DNA of 32,000 bases, taken from positions 60,001 through 92,000 of the forward strand of contig NC_000854.2 of assembly GCF_000011125.1 (NCBI RefSeq), in the 5' to 3' direction. Below are positions 9,239 to 17,780 of this stretch, one piece after another. This stretch comes from Aeropyrum pernix K1 (lineage in GTDB: Archaea; Thermoproteota; Thermoprotei_A; Sulfolobales; Acidilobaceae). Under the pieces are notes generated by a model, which saw only the letters and a program-made list of their open reading frames with translations, did not search any database and had not been told where the DNA came from. The position numbers and the translations under genes were made by a program. Each line of letters opens with the position of its first letter. Positions within the stretch are counted from its first letter, which is position 1.

Positions 9239-12184
9239 TCACGAGTCGAAGAGGAGTCTATCTAGTTTCCTTACACCGGATATGTCGTCCCAGGATATTC
9301 CGAAGGCCATAAGCATTTGTTCAAAGGCGGTTTTAACGTGCTCGACGTACTTGCCAGGGTCTACGTCTGAGAGCCGTGCCAGCTGTACTGGCTTGACGCC
9401 TAGCTTGTCCCTGGTTTTCACGTAATACACTATATCGCCCCTGCTCAGAGTTAAACCGAGTCTCTGAAGCAGCATGGCGGCTTTGACGTGCTGGGGAGTG
9501 TTTTTATCGTATTCTCTTGGATTCTTGCTGAGCATCACTTTTATAGCGAATTGGTCCAGAGTGTAGACCTTCTTCTTAACATTGTTATACACGGTGTTTA
9601 TGTGATCCCTTAGCTCTGCAAGAATAGCTTCAACGTCCTCCGGCTTCTCAAGCTTGCTGAGTATCTTCACAGCCTTGGAGAATTCATCCTTGATAAACTC
9701 CGGCGTGTTGCTCTTCTTCGCTACCATGCCCTTAATAACGATGTCTCCCTCTTCGGTTATACCGAGGTAGTTTTTCTTCAGCCCGCTGAATAGTATTGCT
9801 CTGAAAACCTTGTCGAGCTCCAGCTCAAGACCATAGGTCCTCTCCACATAGTCAACGAGATCATTGAGAACATCCTTCGGCGGATCCCATATAAAGAGGC
9901 TGTCGGTGTCGCCGTAGACTATGTGAAGGTTAAGTTCTCTAGACTTTTCAAGCGTCCCCCTGAGAACAGCCCTTCCCAGAGCCGTAACGCTCTCAGCCAC
10001 AGGCAAGCTGTACAGGCTGAACTTCTCGCTCCCAAATACACCGTAGCTCGCGTTAATATACACTTTCATAGCGGATTGGACGACGTCGTACCACAGCCTC
10101 TCCTCCTCCCTCAAGGACTTATCTTTAGACTTTTTCTTGTAAAGCCTAACCCTGAAGTCTCTCAGCATGCCGACGATTTCATTGCTTATACCCTTGAACT
10201 CTCGGCAAACCCTGTGTCCGACCTCAGGCACCTCAATTGTGTCTCTGCAGTTTGGGTTATTCACTGTCTCGTAGCTCAGGTTCCATTGCTTTATAAGGCT
10301 CGGGTATAGGCTTGCGAAATCTAGAACTAGAACTCGGAAGAATATACCCACAGGAGGATCCAAAACTATAGCCCCTCTATACTTCTTGTCTTTGATTATA
10401 GCGCCGACCCGTGCTCCCGCAGAGGAGAGCTTTTCTATCTCCCCTCTGGAGGGTATTAGCCACCTTCTTCTCCTATGCTCCCAGTACATGAGGCCTCTTA
10501 TCCAGTTGGATATTTGGCTGCGTGTGATGTCTTCGATGCCTAGCTTGCTGGTCCTCATAACCATTATTATGAGGTTGAAAACGAGGTTATTGCTGAACGT
10601 GAGGAGTTCTAGGGTTAGCCTTGCATCTTGGAGGTTATACTCTATTAGCTTGTTGAGGTTTAGCTCGGACACTGGGGCCTTCAGCTCAACCTTGCCCTTG
10701 CCGAGGAGTGCCCTGCTTATAGATTCGAGGCTCAACTCCCTATACTTGTTACCGAAGGCGTAGACCTGGAGTGCCCTAATGCCGAACAACTTGTGGAGAT
10801 CGATGTGAAGCGATCTCCTAAACGTCGCGTAATCCTGCTTAAGCTCGATAGGCGCAAACTCCCTAGGTACACCCAGGACCTCCAGCCTTCTGGCTATGTA
10901 GGGTAGGTCGAAGTTGTCTCCGTTGAAGCTCACGACCAGCGGGTATCTCTGGAGAATCCTGACTAGATCGAGCAGCATTGCCCTCTCACTGTCATATATC
11001 TCAACTTCTGTACCCTCAGGCAAGGCTCCCTCAGTAAACTCGACGCCATCCCGATAGAGGAGAACCACCCTGCTTCTCCCACTACTGTCTGCTGTTGCCG
11101 CGCTAATCACCGGATAGGGGGCTGTAGACGGGTCTGGAAGCCTAGTTGCGATGGGGCTGTAGACTTCGATGTCGAAGGCTATTAGAGGTAGCTTGGGAGG
11201 GGGTGCTTCGAATATTCTTAGCCACTCTCTCGCCCTCTCCCTCACCTCTCTAGGCTCCTCCCTGAAGATCTCGTCCACAATTCTAGTGGCGTCATCCATT
11301 TCCAATGGAAGTGTGTGGACAATTCTCACCCCGCCGACTTCGTAGAGTATACCTGGAATCAACTGTCTATCGAAAATGTAGTTGTGATGATATTTTATGT
11401 CTGCCTCCCAAACAGAGAAGCCTGCTGAAGAGACCTTCTCCCTAAGCCTCCTAACAGCCAGAGGGTCGGACACCACAATCTTAGTCAGCTTCACCAGCTT
11501 CCGGTCTATTGGGTGGAACTTCTCCACAAGATCGTACTGGAGGAAAGACTCGTCATGGCTAACATCAACACCAGCAGCCCTCAGGTCCTCCGGCCTAGCG
11601 TCTGTGAGAAAGTAGGGCTTGTGCCCTGTCCTGTCAGCCCACTTAACCAAGCTCCCGCTAGAGGGGTCGTAGAGCATTAGAACAGCTTTACCTAGAGAGC
11701 CGTCGTACCTCACATCTAAGAGATAGCCTCTGACGGACTCAACCCAGGGCTCCCTAACAAGCTCTAAAATAACGTCGTCGTCAGAGAGTTCGGACTGCGG
11801 GCTAGGCTCCAAAGTGAGGCCGCGAACATCCCCAGATTCTGAATTGTACTCTTCATGTTTCGAGGATGGTTGGTTTCTTCGAAGAGACATTGATGCTGGT
11901 TCTTTCCCAGTTGTTTCTGGAAGTGTATTTTGATATTTGCTTTCAGGTTCTCTCTCCCGGTGGAGAGTGGGAGGAGGTTCAGGTTTCTTAGGCTTAGCAG
12001 GTCCGGCCATGTAATCTAGTAGTGTCGTCTGTCTAAGCCCCCTCCTGCCCCTTTCCTCATCAGAGTCCAGAGAGGTTTCCTTGTCTTGAGCAGCCTCTTG
12101 TCCGCCTCTCACCCTCACTGAACTCCGTATGTATGTGAGGAGGCTTTCGTCTAGCGATGTCCTCTTTTTACCTCCACTACCCAA
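9239..12184 (-). CDS. polB1: B-family DNA polymerase PolB1 (Dpo1-like), 981 aa with long N-terminal extension
   Basis: Exo I FDIEVYS; NGDNFDLPYI; DFASLYPSLIKQWNLSYETV; KVYINASYGVFG; YGDTDSLFI; extended match to crenarchaeal PolB1 (KVMLSKNPREYDKNTPQHVKAAMLLQRLG). Confidence 0.95.
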   Translation of the reverse strand: MGSGGKKRTSLDESLLTYIRSSVRVRGGQEAAQDKETSLDSDEERGRRGLRQTTLLDYMAGPAKPKKPEPPPTLHREREPESKYQNTLPETTGKEPASMSLRRNQPSSKHEEYNSESGDVRGLTLEPSPQSELSDDDVILELVREPWVESVRGYLLDVRYDGSLGKAVLMLYDPSSGSLVKWADRTGHKPYFLTDARPEDLRAAGVDVSHDESFLQYDLVEKFHPIDRKLVKLTKIVVSDPLAVRRLREKVSSAGFSVWEADIKYHHNYIFDRQLIPGILYEVGGVRIVHTLPLEMDDATRIVDEIFREEPREVRERAREWLRIFEAPPPKLPLIAFDIEVYSPIATRLPDPSTAPYPVISAATADSSGRSRVVLLYRDGVEFTEGALPEGTEVEIYDSERAMLLDLVRILQRYPLVVSFNGDNFDLPYIARRLEVLGVPREFAPIELKQDYATFRRSLHIDLHKLFGIRALQVYAFGNKYRELSLESISRALLGKGKVELKAPVSELNLNKLIEYNLQDARLTLELLTFSNNLVFNLIIMVMRTSKLGIEDITRSQISNWIRGLMYWEHRRRRWLIPSRGEIEKLSSAGARVGAIIKDKKYRGAIVLDPPVGIFFRVLVLDFASLYPSLIKQWNLSYETVNNPNCRDTIEVPEVGHRVCREFKGISNEIVGMLRDFRVRLYKKKSKDKSLREEERLWYDVVQSAMKVYINASYGVFGSEKFSLYSLPVAESVTALGRAVLRGTLEKSRELNLHIVYGDTDSLFIWDPPKDVLNDLVDYVERTYGLELELDKVFRAILFSGLKKNYLGITEEGDIVIKGMVAKKSNTPEFIKDEFSKAVKILSKLEKPEDVEAILAELRDHINTVYNNVKKKVYTLDQFAIKVMLSKNPREYDKNTPQHVKAAMLLQRLGLTLSRGDIVYYVKTRDKLGVKPVQLARLSDVDPGKYVEHVKTAFEQMLMAFGISWDDISGVRKLDRLLFDS

Positions 12185-12196
12185 GGCTTTTCGAGC

Positions 12197-12251
12197 ACCC
12201 CTGGATAATTTGAGCCTGAGTTAAATCAGGTGTTAACCCGTACCCAGGGGT
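12197..12251. repeat. Nested inverted repeats: outer ACCCCTGG/CCAGGGGT, inner CCTGA/TCAGG
   Basis: Outer arms 12197-12204 and 12244-12251; inner arms 12215-12219 and 12226-12230; immediately 5' of polB1. Confidence 0.75.
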
Positions 12252-12391
12252 AGAACTCTGTTGGGTAGTACTAGATAATTATGTTGCAGCTACCTCTGCC
12301 TCCTTAATACATGGTTCCGGGTATCAATCGTCTGAGCAGAAGTGCATGGTGAGATGGGATTTATGGTAGACAGCTTGGGGTCTTACCTCTA

Positions 12392-12411
12392 CCCCGCCCT
12401 ATAGGGCGGGG
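12392..12411. repeat. 20-bp perfect palindrome CCCCGCCCTATAGGGCGGGG
   Basis: Every base pairs across the centre 12401/12402; intergenic. Confidence 0.9.
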
Positions 12412-12687
12412 CTCTCGGTTGTAAATGCTAGAGTTTTTATTGCAAGCGTGTTCGATATTACCCGCAGGGCCCTATTTATGGCTTATTATATTATATGCAG
12501 ACTCGTTTAAGCGAGGTAGAGCGCCAGGGCATTCTAGCTTTATCCTTTCCTCCCTAGCATAAGGTGTGTAGCCTGCCTATGTATATAGTACCCCTTTTTC
12601 AGCTTTAGCACGTCACCTTATGTATTCGTGCGACAGGGGTCAGGAGGGTTCTGTGAGGCCTGGTTATACCATCCTGTCGGGGTGTTA

Positions 12688-14778
12688 ATGGTGGCTGGGC
12701 CTGTTGAGCACTTCTTCATGGTGGAGGATCTCAAGATTTTCGTCTATATACTGGCTGGATTGAGCTCGGCAGTGCTACTCTACTCACTAGTTGAATTTTA
12801 CAGAAGGGTGTTTAGAGGCTATGCCCCTTTGGAGGCAGCGGAGAATACCGGGGGTTTGAGAGCAACAGTCGATAGGCTCGTGTGGTATGGGCTCCTCCAG
12901 TACAAGGTCCTCAGACACCGGTTTCCCGGGATTATGCACGCCTCCATATTCTACGGCATACTAGTCCTTTTCATAGCCACTATAATCAGAGCTCTAGACT
13001 ACTACATAGGAGGCTGGCTACTGCAGCCCCCGTTCTTCTACGTGTACAAGCTTGCCAACAACATGGCCGGAATTCTAGTAATCGTAGGCGTGACCATGGC
13101 CGCGTACAGAAGGTGGAGAGGACTAACGCCCGGCCTGCCCAGGGATCCAGGCTACTACCTAGTACTAGCCCTCCTGGCCGCGATAGTTGTAACAGGGTTC
13201 GTGGTTGAAGGTATGGTTGTAGCCCTCTACAGGTATGGAGAGGGTTTTGAATCGCCCTTGTACGATCCAGTAGGCTATCTTGTATACCTAGCCCTGGAGG
13301 GTGTTGACAGGGATATATTGGTTGAGGCTTACCGGGGCCTCTGGCTTCTACACCTAGCCATGGCCCAGCTGGGCATAGCCCTTATCCCCTTCACAAACCT
13401 GTGGCACATTCCAGCGGTCCTCGCAAACATTGCCTTTGCCAGACCTGGCCCTGCAGTAGCCAGCCTCAGGACCTACGAGGACCTGGATGAGAGGATAGAG
13501 CAGGATAAGCCGATAGGCGTTGTCAAGCTGTCTGACACCACATGGAAGCAGAGGCTTGACTTCGAAGCGTGTACAAGCTGCATGAGATGTACAAACAGCT
13601 GCCCGGCAGCCGAGTCGGGCAAAGTCCTGGACCCTAGGGGCGTCGTTTATGGCTTGAGGCTGAAGCTGAGGGAGGGAGACTGGGAGTCTGAGGTCCTCGA
13701 TCCCGAGAACCCCGGTGACGGTAGCAAGGCTGGGGTTAATCCGGAGGCCATATGGAGCTGCCTAACATGCGGTGCCTGCGTCAACGAATGCCCCGTCCTC
13801 ATCCACCACGTAGACATTATACTAGATGTTCGAAGGGGAATGATGAGCACTGGAAGCGAGCATGTGCCTGAGCAAGTTCTAAATGTTCTCCAGAACCTCC
13901 AATACAACGGCAACCCCTTGGGGCAGAGCCCCCTTGACAAGGAAGAGTGGTTCCAAGAGCTCGGCGAGAAGCTAGGAGACGAGGTTATAGCAAGGGAAGG
14001 AGAAGAATACGAGGTCCTCTACTGGGCCGGCTGCGTTACAGGCTACGACCCCAGGATAAGGCCTGTGGGCGAGTCCATACTAAGGCTCCTAAGGAAGGCT
14101 GGGGTAAAGGCCGCCATAATGCCCTACACAGGATGTACCGGAGAGCCGGCCCTCAGGATGGGTGAGGAAGCCCTCTTCGTCGAGCTAATGATACAGTTCC
14201 TGGAGGAGCTTTCCAAGTATAAGTTCAAGAAGCTAGTTGTAAACTGTCCCCACTGCCTAACCACCATAAAGCACGACTACAGAAGGTACAAGAGATATCT
14301 GGAAAAGAGGGAAGACGCCAAACATTTGACGGAGGTCCTAGATAGGCTGGAGGTTGAGCACCACAGCGTCACCCTAGCCAGGCTAGTCAGAGAGGGTAAG
14401 CTAAAGGCGGCTGCAGATGATGGGAAGCCAGTAACCTACCACGACCCGTGCTACCTTGGCAGGTGGAACGGGGTGTACAGTGAGCCGAGGGAGGTCCTCC
14501 GCCGGGGGGCTGGACTAAGGATTAGAGAGATGCCGAGAAATATGGAGAAAAGCTTCTGCTGCGGAGGAGGAGGTGGACAGCTGTTCTACGAGGTAAAGAG
14601 GGGCAGGAGGGTTTCGAGGATCAGAGCTGAGGAGGCAAGCCAAACACTGGGTGGTGAAGGTGTCGTTGCAGTCGCTTGCCCCTTCTGCAACACTATGTTC
14701 CGTGCGGAGGCGGAGGAGTTCGGATTCGAGGTCAAGGATATAGCTGAGATCCTCGATAAAGAGGGGTCAGGAGGCTAG
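12688..14778 (+). CDS. HdrD-like Fe-S oxidoreductase with N-terminal membrane domain
   Basis: ORF 12628..14778; multiple TM segments, then CTSCMRCTNSCPAAE and CLTCGACVNECPVLI 4Fe-4S motifs, then two CCG-type domains (CCGGGGGQLFYE); ATG 12688 is a probable start. Confidence 0.85.
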   Translation: MVAGPVEHFFMVEDLKIFVYILAGLSSAVLLYSLVEFYRRVFRGYAPLEAAENTGGLRATVDRLVWYGLLQYKVLRHRFPGIMHASIFYGILVLFIATIIRALDYYIGGWLLQPPFFYVYKLANNMAGILVIVGVTMAAYRRWRGLTPGLPRDPGYYLVLALLAAIVVTGFVVEGMVVALYRYGEGFESPLYDPVGYLVYLALEGVDRDILVEAYRGLWLLHLAMAQLGIALIPFTNLWHIPAVLANIAFARPGPAVASLRTYEDLDERIEQDKPIGVVKLSDTTWKQRLDFEACTSCMRCTNSCPAAESGKVLDPRGVVYGLRLKLREGDWESEVLDPENPGDGSKAGVNPEAIWSCLTCGACVNECPVLIHHVDIILDVRRGMMSTGSEHVPEQVLNVLQNLQYNGNPLGQSPLDKEEWFQELGEKLGDEVIAREGEEYEVLYWAGCVTGYDPRIRPVGESILRLLRKAGVKAAIMPYTGCTGEPALRMGEEALFVELMIQFLEELSKYKFKKLVVNCPHCLTTIKHDYRRYKRYLEKREDAKHLTEVLDRLEVEHHSVTLARLVREGKLKAAADDGKPVTYHDPCYLGRWNGVYSEPREVLRRGAGLRIREMPRNMEKSFCCGGGGGQLFYEVKRGRRVSRIRAEEASQTLGGEGVVAVACPFCNTMFRAEAEEFGFEVKDIAEILDKEGSGG

Positions 14779-15254
14779 ACAGCCGCCTTCTTATCAGCCT
14801 CCACAATTATTAGAGAACCTCTAGTTCTTATCCTGACGCTCCTTGGATCCACTGGGGCGGGTAGCCTATAAACACCCCTGTATTCTCGGAAGCTGAACTT
14901 CTCGGAAAGGGATCCCAGAGCACGCTTAACAACGTGCTCCCTTATTCTAGCGCTGATCTCCACCCTATCTTCAAGAACGACAATGTTGAGAGACTCCCTA
15001 TCCATCCCCGGTAGGTCTATTAGAATCCTCAGCCTGTCCCCAAGATCGTCCACGCTTACTATAGGCTCTATACCCTCTCCCTGGAACTCCTGAAGCCTCT
15101 GTTCGAGCAGCTCCTCGAACTCCCTCAGCTCGCCAATAGCGAGCCGGGTCATAGTTGAGAACGTCTCTTCAGCTTCTCGTAGGGCTTGGTAGAAACGCAT
15201 TATTATCCTCCTAAACTCGTCATCAAACCCATATTCTGACATGATACCAGACAC
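14775..15254 (-). CDS. Hsp20 / alpha-crystallin family small heat shock protein
   Basis: DDLGDRLRILIDLPGMDRESLNIVVLEDRVEISARIREHVV...YRGVYRLPAPVDPRSVRIRTRGSLIIVEADK. Confidence 0.8.
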   Translation of the reverse strand: MSGIMSEYGFDDEFRRIIMRFYQALREAEETFSTMTRLAIGELREFEELLEQRLQEFQGEGIEPIVSVDDLGDRLRILIDLPGMDRESLNIVVLEDRVEISARIREHVVKRALGSLSEKFSFREYRGVYRLPAPVDPRSVRIRTRGSLIIVEADKKAAV

Positions 15255-15286
15255 CCCCAGGTGTTGTCGCGCCGGAGAACTGGTCT

Positions 15287-16066
15287 CTATGTGTAGAGTA
15301 TCGGAGCCCTGTACTCCATCTCCTTGCCCATCCTAGCCATAACCGCCTTCGTCTCCTTCATCAGATCCCTCATCCTGAGCTTAATCTCCTCCGCCTGCTT
15401 GATCAGCTCATCTACCGAGACGTTAAGGCCTGTTATCGAGTTTATCCCCTCCACTATGACGGCCGCGGCTTCAGGGTCGGGGATGTCTATGAACGAGTCT
15501 GCAAGCAGCACTAGGTTGTGGACGTGCTTCTTCATAGCTTCTTTGAGTATTATAGCGTAGGGTCCGACTATAATACCCTGCTCAGGCTCGCTCGCCATCC
15601 TCAGGCTTGACGCAAGCAGGCTCGCCTTTTTGTCGCTGGCTAGCCAATACAGGCTGGGCTTCTCCTGCTCCAGCCTCTTCGGGTTGCCGACGCCCGTCGC
15701 GCTTATTATGTACTCTATGCCCCTCCTTCTCGAATACTCGACCACCGCCGCCGAGAATGAGGGTATGGCCGCGGGTAGTATCGGAACGTCGGTTATGAGA
15801 GCAGCCACATCGCCGCTTCTATATATCCTGATAGGGTGTAGAACCCTGCCTCTGTTCATTATGACAACTGGGGGGAGAGCCCCGTAATGGTCTATACCCA
15901 CCGTGTAGGACATATCCTTAGAGCGGATCAAGTGCATCCCTGTTATGGCGCCTACCAGGCCTACGTCTGGGAGACCCACAATCATGAACTTTACGTCCTC
16001 GAGGTGCTCGAACTCGAGGAACTCCCATCCGTAGATCTCCTCCCTGTACACGATGCTTGAGTTCAA
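15287..16066 (-). CDS. PAC2 (proteasome assembly chaperone) family protein
   Basis: VKFMIVGLPDVGLVGAITGMHLI, IITDVPILP, IISATGVGNP, ADSFIDIPDPEAAAVIVEGINSITGLNV; ORF open to 16090, TTG at 16066 has a GGTGG SD. Confidence 0.75.
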   Translation of the reverse strand: MNSSIVYREEIYGWEFLEFEHLEDVKFMIVGLPDVGLVGAITGMHLIRSKDMSYTVGIDHYGALPPVVIMNRGRVLHPIRIYRSGDVAALITDVPILPAAIPSFSAAVVEYSRRRGIEYIISATGVGNPKRLEQEKPSLYWLASDKKASLLASSLRMASEPEQGIIVGPYAIILKEAMKKHVHNLVLLADSFIDIPDPEAAAVIVEGINSITGLNVSVDELIKQAEEIKLRMRDLMKETKAVMARMGKEMEYRAPILYT

Positions 16067-16179
16067 CAGGCCCACCCCTCTATAATTCAAGATTGTATAG
16101 TAGGGTGTAAATAGCTGCTTCAGCCCAACAACAGTATAGTCAGAACAGCCTCCCAGAGGCCCGGCAGTGGGGATCGAGT

Positions 16180-16416
16180 ATGACTAAAGATATGATAAAA
16201 GTCGTGATAGAGCCGAGGGAGTCTTGCATGCCGGATTTTGTCTGCGTCGCCGTCTGCCCGGAGGTTTTCGAGAAGCATGGGGATGGCAGGGCAAGGGTTA
16301 GGGGCGGCCTCGGGGAGGGATTCTTCGACCGCTCTTTAGAAGCCTGTGCCTCGGAGGCAGCAAGGCTCTGCCCAAGGGGCATAATAAGGGTTTATAGGGT
16401 TGGCGATGATGGTTAA
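16180..16416 (+). CDS. Small ferredoxin with CxxDxxCxxxCP cluster motif
   Basis: CMPDFVCVAVCPEVFEKHGDGRARV ... LCPRGIIRV. Confidence 0.87.
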   Translation: MTKDMIKVVIEPRESCMPDFVCVAVCPEVFEKHGDGRARVRGGLGEGFFDRSLEACASEAARLCPRGIIRVYRVGDDG

Positions 16417-16469
16417 GACCTCGGTATGGAATATTATACCTCTGGAGTCGCGTCTGAGGGTGCCAGTGG

Positions 16470-17261
16470 ATGCAGCTAGCCAGCTGGAGGCTTCTAGCGA
16501 GGACAATAAAGAATGTGGACGTGGTAGTTGAGGTAGTTGACATAAGGGATCCTATGGTAACAAGGAGTAGGCGTGCTGAGAGGATGGCAGAGGCCCTAGA
16601 TAAGAGGCTCCTGATAGTTCTTAACAAGTCGGACCTAGTACCGCTGAGAGTGGCTGAGAAGTGGGCTAGGATTATAGAGGGTATGGGGTTCGACGTGATT
16701 TATGTATCTGCCAGGCACAGGCTGAGCACGAGGAGGCTGCGAGGGTTTATAAAGCACCTAGCTGATGTTAAACCGTTCTCCGCAGGAGTAATAGGCTTTC
16801 CTAAGACAGGTAAGTCAAGCGTTATAAACGCTCTGAGGGGCAGGAAGGGCGCTCCTACAAGCCCCATACCCGGTAGCCCGGGCTACACGAAAGGGCTACA
16901 GCTCCTCAAGATAGAGCCCGGCTTCTACATGGTAGACACGCCTGGTGTCATACCGGTAGAGGGTGGCTGGCCAGAGTCTATAATAAGGGGGAGAAGCCCT
17001 GAGGACCTCCCAGACCCAGTGCCGCCCGCAGCCGCATTGATAGAGAAGATCCTAAGGTACAATAGGAGGGCCTTCCAGGCCGCTTATGGTATCACCGCTC
17101 AAGACCCCTACGAGATAATGGAGAGGCTTGCGGTCAAGAGGGGCTGGTTCTACAAGACCACCAAGGAGCCTCTCATCGAGGAGGCCGCAAGGACCATAAT
17201 AAGGGACTACCACAAGGCGAAAATACCCTTCTACGTTCCTCCCGAGGAGTTCACCCGCTAA
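16470..17261 (+). CDS. Circularly permuted GTPase, YlqF/YawG-like (MMR1/HSR1)
   Basis: G4 NKSDLV precedes G1 GFPKTGKSSVINAL and G3 DTPGVI; VVDIRDPM signature. Confidence 0.92.
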   Translation: MQLASWRLLARTIKNVDVVVEVVDIRDPMVTRSRRAERMAEALDKRLLIVLNKSDLVPLRVAEKWARIIEGMGFDVIYVSARHRLSTRRLRGFIKHLADVKPFSAGVIGFPKTGKSSVINALRGRKGAPTSPIPGSPGYTKGLQLLKIEPGFYMVDTPGVIPVEGGWPESIIRGRSPEDLPDPVPPAAALIEKILRYNRRAFQAAYGITAQDPYEIMERLAVKRGWFYKTTKEPLIEEAARTIIRDYHKAKIPFYVPPEEFTR

Positions 17262-17363
17262 AGCCGTGTACCAAGGCTCGGAGGCTAGTGATGATCCATG
17301 CAGGCCCTGAGGTCCTGCCCGCGCCGATGAAGAGCCTATGGGACTACCCTCTGAAGCCTAGGG

Positions 17364-17780
17364 CTATCCGCTCCCTACGCACCTCCTGTAGAGGGCGGCG
17401 GCAGCGAGCAAGGCTGCGGCAGCTAGTGCTAGGAGAAGGGGGATATGGGGCAAGGCGAGTTCACCGAGGGTACCCTCACTTGTCACGACAGATCGGGACA
17501 CCCTTCCCGCGGCGAACGCACCCACTACGGCTATAGCTATCGGGCTTACCGGCTTCCTGTAAGCCAGGGCTGGGGCTCCAAGTGCTATAGCATACAATAG
17601 GTTCTCTGCCAGGATGAACGTGGGAAGCCTTGGACCTGTAAGGAGGCTCTTCAGATCGAACGCACAGAACCCTAGGGCTAGAAGTAGGGCCAGAACCCTC
17701 GCTAGCCTGTCCAGCCCTATGGAGCCAGGCTGCACGGAGGACTCACCTGCTTCCCCGGGAGAGGCCAGCCGGGCTCTCAT
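17364..17780 (-). CDS. Hypothetical membrane protein, translationally coupled to HerA
   Basis: ORF open to 17822, but ATG at 17778-17780 overlaps the HerA TGA (17777-17779) as ATGA; several hydrophobic segments. Confidence 0.6.
   Translation of the reverse strand: MRARLASPGEAGESSVQPGSIGLDRLARVLALLLALGFCAFDLKSLLTGPRLPTFILAENLLYAIALGAPALAYRKPVSPIAIAVVGAFAAGRVSRSVVTSEGTLGELALPHIPLLLALAAAALLAAAALYRRCVGSG

Noticed and set aside
12185-12687. Replication origin
   Set aside because: Large inverted repeats near polB1 suggested this, but I see no Orc1/Cdc6 gene and no recognisable ORB set of repeats. It would need GC-skew or marker-frequency analysis.
17288-17536. 82-aa + strand ORF after the GTPase gene
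   Set aside because: Arg-rich, overlaps the better-supported minus-strand membrane protein, and has no SD-like signal I trust.
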